The translations under genes and the position numbers were made by a program. From Azolla caroliniana (lineage: Eukaryota > Plantae > Polypodiophyta), in the NCBI GenBank assembly GCA_043228905.1, contig JBHGNT010000013.1, forward strand, positions 11,780,001 through 11,844,000: a DNA stretch of 64,000 nucleotides, given 5' to 3'. The notes under the pieces are model-generated. The model had not been told where the DNA came from and made no database searches. It saw only the letters and a program-made list of their open reading frames with translations. This document shows, in pieces, positions 50,030 through 62,155 of the stretch (its first letter is position 1; each line of letters opens with the position of its first letter).

Positions 50030-53000
50030 TGTAAAGAGTGAGAGGCGTAGGTAGTGTTGTGAAACGGAAACGAGCTCTGTGTATGTGTGTGAGTGCACGT
50101 AAGTCAAGTAGAGAGAGGGAGAGAGAGCTTAGAACAAGAAGTTGTATTAGAAAAATAGAATTACATCCAACTACAAGTTACAAGGAGTTGTTTTAAATAC
50201 CAACTAGTCTAGGGAAAGTGCCCTTTCTACTAATTACAAAACTAGTCTAGAATGATTTCACTGGCTAGTGTGAACACTATCTCTATGGGAAGTTGAGTTC
50301 GGTTCTCAGCACACCCCTTCGAACACAACTTCCGGATGTCGAAAAGTTGGTTCGGTTCGATCCTCGAAAATCTTCGATTCGGCCGAATTAGCTTTCGGAA
50401 GGTTAGTCGACACCATTTTGACTGTTCGGGTGCTTTGTGCTCTTTGTTCGGTTTGATTATCATCGTACTTTGACTCTTGATTATCATCGTGATTCGACTC
50501 CTCTAGTTGGCATCAATCGACTGATTAGCTACTATTCGATGTTGTATTCCCCCTCAAGCTCGGCTTGTCGGTGATCGAGAGACCAAGGTTCGTAGTGAAC
50601 TGCTGTAGCTTGTCGACACCCAAGGTTTTTTTGAAGATGTCAACCACCTGAAGATTCGTGCTGATGTGTTGTAAATTGACATCTACAACTTGAACACGCT
50701 CTCGGATGAAGTGATAGTGCACTTCGATATGCTTAGTCTATGCGTGGATTACAAGGTTCCAAGCCAGGTAGATACAACTCATGTTGTCGCAGTATAGGAT
50801 AATCAGATCCTTGATGGGAACGCCTAGATCCTTCAATATGTGCTTCAGCCAGACGGCTTCACATGTGGCGACTGCCGCACCCATGTATTCGGCCGTTGTG
50901 CTCGACAATGCGACTGTCGGCTGCTTTTTGTTGTTCCAAGAGATCGCTCTACTATCGAGGGAGAAGACGAACCCGGATGTGGATCGTCGATCATCTTTGT
51001 AACCGCCCCAATTTGCATCTGTGTACCTTTCGAGTCGAATGAGCCGATTTGTACAGGATGCCGAAATCCATCGTCCCACGGATGTACCTCAGTACTCTCT
51101 TAGCGTGGTCGAGATGAACATTTTGAGGTTTCTGCATGAATTGTGGCTTTTTCGACTTCATTTTAAACCTCTGGAAGTGTCCGAACACTTCACTCTTCTG
51201 CCACATTGGATAGATCCAAACATGCGTCGAGAAGTCGTCGATGAATGTGACATAATATCGACAACCACTGAACGTTGTCGTCTGGGCTGGTCCCCATGTC
51301 AAATACGGGTCTCTAATGGACGTATTCACATTGTCCCATTTGTACACACTAGGTTTAGGACATCTTTGTAAATACTAAGAAGGGCAGTTGCCCTAAGTCA
51401 GTCAGTATATAAACTAACTTTGTAACCTAAGTTGATGTAGTAGTTGTTCATTCTATATATTGTGCTGTTGAGCCTGAACAATAAAGGTCATCTTGTGCTA
51501 ACGTTTTGTTCTCTTCCTCTTACATTCTTGCGGATCTTCTTACATATTTTAGTTTCTTGTAATCATAAATCATCTCGACTTGTACTTGTTAATGATTTCT
51601 CAACAGAGGAGTGCTGACATTGTTCCGCACTAGACGACAACGTTCTCAACATTTGGTATCAGAGCTTGGTGTTTTTCAATTCTGCCGTTGCCGTCCACTT
51701 AGTCTCCATCAATAACTCTTCCTCAGTACACCTTGAAGATCTCGGCTGACAACTCCCTACAAGATCATCTTTTTTTGAAGAGAAACATCTGCAAAACTTG
51801 CACTCCATTGTTCTAAATCACCATTATAGTAAGCCAATTGGCCGTACTTTACCCCTGTGATCGTAGCTACTCGGAGTGAGATTTTGTTTTCTGAAGGCCT
51901 TGTCTTAATCTTGCTACATCGGATTAGATGACAATCGATTAGGTCAATCGACACTATTTACTCGCTCGCCCTAATCACTCGTAGTAGTTTGGGCTTCAAG
52001 AACAACCCCCTTCCGTGCTTCATTTGGCTAGACAACATTCAGAAAGGTTAATTGAATCTGTTCCTCTCATTGTTGTAGTCACCTGAAGTAGGATCGGCCT
52101 GGATAATTGGCACATGCTCTGTGTTCGGAAATCTCGGAAATAGACATTCGAAATCGAATCGGCAAACTCAGGTCCAATTCAACTAAGTCGATTGAATGTA
52201 ATCACTCCAGACAGAATTTTCCAAATAGTCGAAATCGATTTGACTTGTGTCCAATTTCGGCGAGAACGACATCGAGTGAGCCGGTCGGCTGCACTCAACC
52301 ATTGTTCAAGGTTGACTCCCAACAAAGTCTATCAAGCTGACACAAATGGCATCAATATCCGGCTCGTTAGAGATGAGTCAAAGGAAGTTCGACGGATCGA
52401 ACTTCAACTTTTGGAATGAGCAAATGCAAGACTATTTAATAGTCAAAGGGCAAATCGACCCCATTGAAAATGAAAATGCGCCAGTAGGATACAAGCTGCT
52501 TGAATGGGTGAAGCTTGACAGAATTGTCCAAGCCACCATTTGGATGCACCTATCGGAGTCTGTGTACTTCAAGGTGCAATCGTGTTCGACTACCTTTCAA
52601 CTATGGAAGACATTGTCAGACACTTATGAGAAGATGGTAGCCGCTACAAAGATATATATGATTCGACACCTTTATTTATAATCTTCGGATGAAGGAATCC
52701 GACTTGGACCAGGCACACTTGAATGAGTACGAAAGCTTAAGTTCCCAAATTGCGGCTCAGGGGATGACTATCGAAGATGAACTAAGAGCAATATTGCTTA
52801 TGAGTAGTCTCCCCCCTTCGTGGGAAACTTTCATTACAATTGTGTGCAATGTGTCGACTGCTGCCGTTAAGTACTCAGTCACGAGCGCAATTCTGACTGA
52901 AGCAACTTGAAGCAAATCGTTTGCCAACGATTTGGCCAACAACCCTTACGTAGTACAAGGTTCGACCGAACGATCGAACAACCGAGGAAGAGGTTCTTCA

Positions 53001-56000
53001 CGGCAGCTGAACAACCAGGGAAGTCGGAGCAAGTCCCGGGATTATCGAGTCTGCAATTATTGCAAGAAACCTAGACACATCAAAGTCGATTGCCATGCAC
53101 TGAAGGCAAAAAACGATGAGGCTCAACAAGCTGATAAGAAGAGTGGCCGGCTTGAGGAGGTCAATTACGTCGGCTCTTCAGCTTAAGTACTGTCGAATGA
53201 CCCGAACATACTATCCATTGAGAATCCAATCGAATCAGAAGTTCTGCTTATGACTAAGGAATCGAGCACATGGCTCTTGGATTCGGGCACTTCATATCAT
53301 GTGACCCCTCATCGATCCCAATTTCGGCAATACTTGGCCCGACATTCAGACTCAGTTCGAGTTGGAAACTCGCAACATTGCGCTATCATCGAAATCGGCA
53401 CAATAGAGCTCAACCTTCCGGGTGGCTCTATATTGGTACTACACAATGTTCGACATGTACCTGAGCTCTCAAGACCATTGATATCAATTGGACAACTTGA
53501 TGAAGAAGACATTCGTGTTGGCTTCTCATAAGGAGGGTGGACACTCCACAGGGGGAACCTCTTGCTTGCTCGAGGACCGAAAGTACATTCGTTGGCTATA
53601 CGTCACACTAGAAAAGGGTGACTTGTTCTTGGTCGACAATCCCGTGTCATCACTACGGCACAAACGACTCAGACACCTTAGCAAGGCCGACATCACGCAT
53701 TTATCCAGAGCCGAATACATCCCTAAACTCTCCTTCTCTGATCATCAATTCTGCAAGCATTGCCAGTATGGAAAACAGATAGGCATCAACACCAAGAGAA
53801 TTGAATCCACTCGATTTGGTCCACTCGAACGTGTGTTGCCCTATGCCACATCAGTCTCTCGGCGGTGCTATGTACTTCATCAGGGTTATTGAGGACTCAA
53901 CTCAGAAAGTGTGGGATTATCCGATCAAAACCAAAGATCGACTGTTCTCAATCCTTTCCGAATGGCTCACTATGGTCGAGAATCAGTCTGACTGAAAACT
54001 AAAATGCTTTCGGACCGACAATGGGGGAGAGTTCAAATATGAAGAATTCATTAGATTTTGCTGACAACACGGCATACGACGTGAATATACGACACCCTAT
54101 AGTCTGGGGCAGAATGGAATTACCTAGCGGATGAATCAGACAATTCAAGAAAGGATAGTATCCATATTCCAACACTCCGGACTATTGGATGGTTTCTGGG
54201 CAGAGGCCCTACTTACGACAATACACATAATCAATATGTCGCGGAGTAGGCTTGTAGGACTTCAAATACCTCAGGAATTATGGACTGACAGTAAGCCGAA
54301 TTACAACAAACTAAGGATTTTCGGGTGCAAGGCCTACGCCCTCATCCCGAAGGATGATCGCCGAAAACTCGAATCACGGTCCAAGAAATGTGTTTTTCTT
54401 GGTTATGGACCAGATGGAGAAATCGGTACCGACTCTGGGAACCCGAGCACAGATAGATCGTCCAAAGTTTGGACGTAGTGTTCAATGAGTTGGCTATGCA
54501 TAAGACGACCGAAAGGCCTATTGAAGTTCGAAGGGTAAGTTTTTCCAAAGTGTTGACCCTTCATGAAGGCCCAACACACAACATGAGGTCGGCCTCATGG
54601 GTAGCCGAAACCTCCAACACCGACCCGGCACAACCAAATGATTCGGCTCTGGACCATCCGACATTGATACCCGAAGCGACCAGTCCAATCATACCTCGAA
54701 TATCCGAGAGACTGTCAGAACCCTAGAGAGATACTCTCTTGGAATCTTCTTTACGGATGCCGAAGAACCGATGTCATACGAAGAAGCATCGACATCTGTC
54801 GATTCAGCCACCTGGCATCTGGCAATGGAGTCCGAGATGAACTCCATTTGAGCAAACAAAACTTGGGACTTGGTCGAGCTCTCGAAGAATCGACATGCTC
54901 TTCCGTGCAAGTGGGTCTATCGAGTCAAAGAGACGTCTGATTTGGCCACCCCAAAAATCAAGGCCAGACTAGTAGCTAAGGGTTTTCAACAGGAATATGG
55001 CATTGATTTCGACGAAATCTTTTCACCAATGTTGAAAATGACAACCCTTAGACTCATGCTTGGTGTTGTGGCAACCGAGGACTTGGAGCTGATTCAACTA
55101 GATGTCAAAATGACATTCATCCATGGTGATCTAGAGGAGGAAATTTATATGGAGCAGCTGAAAGGCTTCGTGGTACCTGGTTAGGAACATCTAGTCTACC
55201 GACTCAAGAAGAGTCTATACGGCCTGAAACAGGCACCGTGACAATGGTATAAGAAGTTCAATGGCTTCATTCCCTCAGTCAGCTTCTCAAAGAGCAATGA
55301 GGACCATTGTCTCTTCACCAAAACAGTTTGAGATGGGTCTTCCATCTTCCTCATCATCTACGTAGACGACATGCTACTCTTTGGTCGGCATGCCGGAGAG
55401 CTCGTTGAACTTGTTTGGCAACTATGGTTGAAGTTTGCCATGAAGGACCTCGGTTTGGCAAGACACATTCTCGGAATGAAGATAAGTCGAAATCGAAATC
55501 GAAGGCAGTTGTTCTTGTCTCAATCCGACTACATTTGACGTGTCTTAGAACACTTCAACATGCAATAAGCAAAATCTGCTTTGACCCCGCTCCCCATTAG
55601 CACTCGGCTGTCTCAACGAGACTGCTCGACATCCTGTTCGAAGGGGGAAATTATGAAGTTGGTATCATATGCACCCACAGTTGGCTCCCTGATGTACGCG
55701 ATGGTCACGACACGGTCTGACATTGCTCACGCTATAGGAGTTGTCAGTAGATTCATGCACAACCCTGGCCGATCGCATTGGAACGCAGTAAAGCATGTGT
55801 TCAGATATCTAGTGGGCACAAAATACTATGGCATTCTTTTCGGCCCGAACAAAGACTCATGCATAGTCGGTTACACTGACTCAGATTTTGCTGGCTGTGT
55901 GGACAACCGAAAATCGACAACCGGATACTGCTTCAAATTCGGCAATGGAGCAATCTCGTGGAAGTCGAAACTTCAGGAGTGCACTGCCATATCAACAATC

Positions 56001-56715
56001 GAGGCCAAATACGTAGCCACGTCTGATGCGGCGAAAGAAGCTCTATGGCTCTGCCGGCTAGTGCACACGTTTCGACAAGTCGAATCTAACTCAGATCCAG
56101 TTGTCTATAGCAACAGTCAGGGCGTTGTCGCTCTATTGAAAAATCCGGTCCAACACAATGCCTCGAAGCATATCGACGTTCGATATCACTTTGTTCGGGC
56201 CTGCGTCATTTCAGGGAAAATCGGCCTCGAAAAGATATCTACAACCAATAATCACGCAGATGGAATGACCAAGTGTCTTTCAGCGAATCGATTTCGATCC
56301 CTACGGCACCAGATGGGCGTAATGAATAATCGTTCTGATTGAGTCGGACATTTGTAATGGTTTCGAAGAATCATTATTGATACTTTGACCTCAGTTCCCC
56401 CACTTTGGCCTATTCGACCTTTTGTTTTTCGTAGTTTACCGACTTGAACTAAAATCTTATTCATTCGACAACATTGTACAAATCTGTATTGTTCACTTAT
56501 ATTACACATTTCGGATGTATACACCCATTACGGGGGAGTGTCGAATACGGTCTCTAATGGACGTATTCACATTGTCCCATTTGTACACACTAGGTTTCAA
56601 ACATCTTTGTAAATACTAAGAAGGGCAGTTGCCCTAAGTCAGTCAGTATGTAAACTGACTTTGTAACTTAAGTTGACGTAGTAGTTGTTCATTCTATATA
56701 TTGTGTCGTTGACCT

Positions 56716-59700
56716 TGTTAAGAAAACGTGAAGAAGGCACTCGGGCTCTTCTTATGTGCGCGGCGGATCGTAGTGTGCTGGATCGTTAGCGTGCTCTAAA
56801 CAGACAGAGAAAGGAAAGGGGACTTACCTCTGTAGTAGCAAAATGGTTTTCTTCTATTACATGTAGAGCTCAACTTGCTCTCGTCAGTCTTCTGGTCTCT
56901 CACTCTCTCTCAGAGTTCTCTGCTCACTATTCTCTGTTTTTTCTTACTGCTTCTTACTATTCACTCACACTTACTTTTACCTAAGTCATAAGTTATTACA
57001 CATGCAGCTAATTAGCTGCCAGTAGCTAATTAGCTGTCAGTCGCTAAATAGCTGTTCACTAGCTAATTAGCTGTCACTAGCTAAATAGCTGTTTTACCTT
57101 TTTGTTCACTAGTAGCTAAATAGCTACTATAGCTTATTTCTCATAAGCATCACATACCATGTTGAGCTTGCTTCTCAACACTCCCCCTCAAGCTCAACTT
57201 ATTCTTGCTTGAGGTTCTCTTCAATCTTCTTTTCCATTTTGCTTTTTAGCCATCTCATCAATGTTTACAACTCCCATCATGTTCCGAAACTGTGTATGTT
57301 TTTCCACACTCAATCCCTTCGTAAGGATATCAGCAACCTGCTGATTTGTATTCACATACACCAGATCAACTTCACCTTCCATCACTTTTTCTCTAACAAA
57401 GTGATAATGCACCTCAATGTGCTTTGTTCTTGCATGGAACACTGGGTTCTTTGCAAGCTGAATGCTGCTCATATTGTCACACCAGATTGTGACAGCACCA
57501 TCTATATATACTCCCAGATCAGCAAGCAGTCTTCTGATCCATACTTCTTCACATGTGGCTATTGCAGCCCCTCTATACTCAGCTTCTGTACTGGACAATG
57601 CAACAGTAGCCTGTTTCTTGCTACTCCATGAAATTCCTGCACTTCCCAAGGTAAACATGTATCCACTTGTGGATCTCCTGTCTGTTTGGCTTCCAGCCCA
57701 ATCAGCATCTGTGTATCCTTCCAGATTTATGTCTAGATCAGCCCTGTAAAATAGTCCAAAGTTCTGAGTTGCTTTTACATACCTCAGAATCCTTCTGATG
57801 CAGTCCAAATGTGGCTTTGTTGGCTGTTGCATAAACTGGCTGACTAATCCAACAACATAGCTCAAATCAGGTCTTGTTATAGTCAAATAAATAAGGCTGC
57901 CCACCATAGACCTGTACATGTTTACATCTTCTATCTTGGCTCCCAAATCAGCCCTCAACTTGCAGTTTTTATCAAGTGGTACAGCAATAGGTTTGCATCC
58001 AAGCATACCATACTTTTTCAACATAGTTGTTGCATACTGTTTTTGCAACATACATATACCACTTTCAGATCTGATGATTTCAATACCAAGAAAATATCTC
58101 AGATCTCCCAAATCTTTCATATGAAACTGCATTTCCAGATTTTTTTTCAACTTTCTTATTTCATCCACGGAATCTCCTCCAATAATCAAATCATCTACAT
58201 AAATCAGAATAATAACAATGCAATCATTTTCACTTTTTACATACAAAGAAGGATCAGCTTTTGACATTTTGAAACCAAGATTTTTCAGAGAATCTGAAAG
58301 TTCTCTGTGCCATGCTCTTGGTGCCTGTTTCAGTCCATAGAGAGCTTTTTTCAGCTTACATACATAATCAGGATGTTTCTTATCTTCAAAACCTGGTGGT
58401 TGACTCATATACACTTCTTCTTCCAAGTTACCATGTAAAAAGGCATTTTTTACATCCATGTGATGCAAAATCCATTTTCTGGCTGCTCCTACAGCAAGTA
58501 GTGTTCTCAAGGTTGCCATCTTTGCAACCGGTGCAAAAGTCTCATCATAATCAATCCCTTGCATCTGAGCATATCCTTTTGCAACCAATCTTGCTTTATG
58601 TCTACTTACATTCCCATTGGAGTCATGCTTTGTCTTGTAGACCCATTTGCAGCCTACCACATTTTTCTCTTTTGGTAACTTCACTAAATCCCACGTTTTG
58701 TTCTCAGCCAATGCATCAATCTCTTCTTGCATTGCATCCATCCATTTCTTCTCAGATTTTGCTTCTTCAAAGCTGTTTGGGTCAGGGATCTGTACCACCT
58801 TAGACATATATGCATAGTGCATAGCCATATATGTATCATACCCAAATCTTTCCACAGTCTTTTTCTCTCTATCTGATCTTCTCAGTTTCTGATTTGCATT
58901 CTTTATTGCCTTTTCCATACCAGGGATTTTCATTTCCTGTATTCCAAGGAAATCATCCAAAGACATATCTGAATCTTCATCTTCCATGTTTTTTGATAGG
59001 TCATCCGGGATTTCATACTCTGGCATTTTCTGTTTTCCTTTTTTGTCATCAGATTTTTTCTGTCCAGTTTTTCCACTCCATGAATTTGAATCAGATTTAC
59101 CATCTGAGCTTTTTGATGGTCCAGAACATTCTGTTGATGTTGGACTTTGCTGTCCAACCTTGTCTCCATCTCTGTGACAGTCTTCTACATTTTCTGATCT
59201 GTCTTTGTCTTCATTTTGACAGTCTTCATCAGTCTCTAGATTCTGTTTTGGGCTGTACCAACTAGCCAACTCATCAAATATCACATCTCGACTTGTCACA
59301 ATCTTTTTAGTCACAGGGTTATAACATCTGTACCCTTTTTGTTCTTCTGAATATCCAACAAAGATACATTTTTCTGCTTTTGGATCCAACTTACTTCTTA
59401 CCTCTGCAGGCACATGTACATATGCAAGGCATCCAAACACTTTCAAGTGTTGTAAGCTAGGCTTCCTGCCATAAAAACACTCTTCAGGAGTTGCCTCATG
59501 TACTCCTGATGTAATACATCTATTTAAAATGTAATTTGCTGTATTTACAGCTTCTGCCCAATAGTATAATGGCATGTTCTTCTCAGTCATCATTGCCCTT
59601 GCTATGTTCACCAAAGTTCTGTTTTTCCTCTCAGCAACTCCATTTTGCTGTGGAGTATATCGGCATGTGAACTGTCTTCTTATTCCCTGATTACACAAAA

Positions 59701-62155
59701 AATCAGAAAATTCATTGGAGAAATACTCTCCTCCTCCATCAGATCTCAAACATTTTATCCTTGTACCAGCCTGCTTTTCTACCATGCATTTAAACTTACG
59801 AAAGCAGTCAAATACTTCACTTTTCTCCTTCATGAAGTACACCCATGTCTTCCGTGAACAATCATCAATAAATGTAACATAAAATCTGCATCCACCAATA
59901 GATGCATTCTTTGTTGGTCCCCATACATCTGTATGTACCAAATCCAACAGATTTTTGCTTACATGTCTCTCATGAGGGAATGGCAACCTGTTTTGCTTAC
60001 CATATTGACATGTTTCACATACTTTTCCCATTTCACACTTTTTCAAGTTTGGCAGTCCAGCCACTGCATCTTTTCTCAACATATTCTTTAATGTTTGCAT
60101 ACTTATATGGCCAATCCTTTTATGCCACATTTCCACATCTGAGATTACACTCGTTCCATTTGCAAACATGGCTGAAATCTGTTTGGGCATTTCTACATCC
60201 AAGATAAACATTCTTCCTTGTCTCTTCCCTTTTGCAATGAGCTTCCCATTCTTTTCTATATAGCATCCACTTTGCTTAAACTTCACTTGCATACCTTGTT
60301 CTACAATCTGTCCAACAGAAATCAGATTCTTAGCAAGGTTTGGAACATGCATCACATTCAACATATACTTGGTTTTTCCTCTTTCTTCCCACAATGGGAT
60401 ATCTCCAACATGTTTTATTTTGTGAGTTGTGTCATCACCTGTTTGTACATAACCAGGAATCTCTGGTTCTCTTAAACTCTCAAACCAATTTGCATGTCCA
60501 GTCATATGGTTAGATGCCCCCGAGTCTACATACCACGTAAACTCTTCATTACATTTCTGTGAGCTTTCAGCCACTGCTGCTATCTCATGTTGCACTACAA
60601 AACCACCTTCCTTTTCACAATCTTCACTAGTAGAGGCATAGTTACTATGTTGTCCTTTTCCTCTTTTCTCATCATTTTGTTTCTTGTAACATTCAGCCTG
60701 TGTATGGCCTGGTTTACCACAATACCAGCAGCCATCATCATTTACATAAGTTTGCTTACCTCTACCTCGGTTGCTCCCCCTGCCTCTGTTGTTGTTTCTT
60801 CCTCTAATGGTTTGTTGTCCTCTTCCTTGAAAGCCATTATTATTGGTTCTTCCTGAGCCAAATCTTCCATGGCCTCTTCCTCGGCCTCTTCCGGCATTAT
60901 TATAGAGGGCTTGCCCCTCGTTCTCTGAGTTTCCTTTATTTGCATCATCCATCTGATTCCTTTCCTCTACCACAAGAATTGAGACCAGATCTGAAAAACT
61001 TGGGATACTATCCCTTGTGAGCATAGAAGTTTTAAAACTCTTGTATTGAGGTCCTAAGCCTCTTAAGCATATTTCCACTTTGTCATCATCTTCTATCTTC
61101 ACATTGATAGAAGCAAGTGATTCACATATACTCTTGATTTTTAGGGCATACTCATTTATTGACATCTTACCTTTTTCTAAGGTGTTTAGCTCAGTCTTCA
61201 ACTGTAGCTTTCTAGCTTTTGTGTTTACTGCAAACAGTTTTACCAAACTGTCCCAAGCTTCTTTTGGGAGCATAGCATCCTGTATGTGCCCAAGCATCGA
61301 ATCTGAGATGCTAAGTGAGAGCCAATGCATTACCTTCCTTGCCCCTTGATTCCAATCTTTAAATGCCTTAATATGTGCAGCTGTTGCATTCTCTTTTGGG
61401 ATCTCTGGAGCCTCTTCTAGGTCTCCTTCAATGTAATCCCAGTATCCTTTCCCCATCAGAAAGTTTGTCATTCTGAATTTCCACGCCGGGAAATTGTTTT
61501 TATCTAATTTCTCTGTGACCATTTGGCCTACATTCTCTGCAGCCATTTTTTTCCTTCCAAAAAACCAGGGTTTTGCTTTAGTTACTTCAACAAGTAACTT
61601 TCTGATTTCTGATAAGCAACCAGAGAAATAACTTTCTCAGATTAAGGCACTGCTATACTCTTCCTTATGAGCTACTCTGCTCTGATACCATGTTAAGAAA
61701 ACGTGAAGAAGGCACTCGGGCTCTTCTTATGTGCGCGGCGGATCGTAGTGTGCTGGATCGTTAGCGTGCTCTAAACAGACAGAGAAAGGAAAGGGGACTT
61801 ACCTCTGTAGTAGCAAAATGGTTTTCTTCTATTACATGTAGAGCTCAACTTGCTCTCGTCAGTCTTCTGGTCTCTCACTCTCTCTCAGAGTTCTCTGCTC
61901 ACTATTCTCTGTTTTTTCTTACTGCTTCTTACTATTCACTCACACTTACTTTTACCTAAGTCATAAGTTATTACACATGCAGCTAATTAGCTGCCAGTAG
62001 CTAATTAGCTGTCAGTCGCTAAATAGCTGTTCACTAGCTAATTAGCTGTCACTAGCTAAATAGCTGTTTTACCTTTTTGTTCACTAGTAGCTAAATAGCT
62101 ACTATAGCTTATTTCTCATAAGCATCACATACCATGTTGAGCTTGCTTCTCAACA
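56716..62155 (-). mobile_element. Intact young Copia element C nested in the 3' LTR of B (465-bp LTRs 56716-57180 and 61691-62155; TSD GACCT)
   Basis: GACCT at 56711-56715 and 62156-62160. The LTRs appear identical by eye. PBS GCTCTGATACCA at 61679-61690; PPT at 57181-57192. Confidence 0.97.
57221..61546 (-). CDS. Copia Gag-Pol polyprotein, 1441 aa, uninterrupted
   Basis: CCHC knuckle (CWYCGKPGHTQAEC), protease WYVDSGAS, GAG-pre-integrase HHCC, integrase DDE core, RT YVDD and RNase H in one frame. Confidence 0.97.
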   Translation of the reverse strand: MAAENVGQMVTEKLDKNNFPAWKFRMTNFLMGKGYWDYIEGDLEEAPEIPKENATAAHIKAFKDWNQGARKVMHWLSLSISDSMLGHIQDAMLPKEAWDSLVKLFAVNTKARKLQLKTELNTLEKGKMSINEYALKIKSICESLASINVKIEDDDKVEICLRGLGPQYKSFKTSMLTRDSIPSFSDLVSILVVEERNQMDDANKGNSENEGQALYNNAGRGRGRGHGRFGSGRTNNNGFQGRGQQTIRGRNNNRGRGSNRGRGKQTYVNDDGCWYCGKPGHTQAECYKKQNDEKRGKGQHSNYASTSEDCEKEGGFVVQHEIAAVAESSQKCNEEFTWYVDSGASNHMTGHANWFESLREPEIPGYVQTGDDTTHKIKHVGDIPLWEERGKTKYMLNVMHVPNLAKNLISVGQIVEQGMQVKFKQSGCYIEKNGKLIAKGKRQGRMFILDVEMPKQISAMFANGTSVISDVEMWHKRIGHISMQTLKNMLRKDAVAGLPNLKKCEMGKVCETCQYGKQNRLPFPHERHVSKNLLDLVHTDVWGPTKNASIGGCRFYVTFIDDCSRKTWVYFMKEKSEVFDCFRKFKCMVEKQAGTRIKCLRSDGGGEYFSNEFSDFLCNQGIRRQFTCRYTPQQNGVAERKNRTLVNIARAMMTEKNMPLYYWAEAVNTANYILNRCITSGVHEATPEECFYGRKPSLQHLKVFGCLAYVHVPAEVRSKLDPKAEKCIFVGYSEEQKGYRCYNPVTKKIVTSRDVIFDELASWYSPKQNLETDEDCQNEDKDRSENVEDCHRDGDKVGQQSPTSTECSGPSKSSDGKSDSNSWSGKTGQKKSDDKKGKQKMPEYEIPDDLSKNMEDEDSDMSLDDFLGIQEMKIPGMEKAIKNANQKLRRSDREKKTVERFGYDTYMAMHYAYMSKVVQIPDPNSFEEAKSEKKWMDAMQEEIDALAENKTWDLVKLPKEKNVVGCKWVYKTKHDSNGNVSRHKARLVAKGYAQMQGIDYDETFAPVAKMATLRTLLAVGAARKWILHHMDVKNAFLHGNLEEEVYMSQPPGFEDKKHPDYVCKLKKALYGLKQAPRAWHRELSDSLKNLGFKMSKADPSLYVKSENDCIVIILIYVDDLIIGGDSVDEIRKLKKNLEMQFHMKDLGDLRYFLGIEIIRSESGICMLQKQYATTMLKKYGMLGCKPIAVPLDKNCKLRADLGAKIEDVNMYRSMVGSLIYLTITRPDLSYVVGLVSQFMQQPTKPHLDCIRRILRYVKATQNFGLFYRADLDINLEGYTDADWAGSQTDRRSTSGYMFTLGSAGISWSSKKQATVALSSTEAEYRGAAIATCEEVWIRRLLADLGVYIDGAVTIWCDNMSSIQLAKNPVFHARTKHIEVHYHFVREKVMEGEVDLVYVNTNQQVADILTKGLSVEKHTQFRNMMGVVNIDEMAKKQNGKED

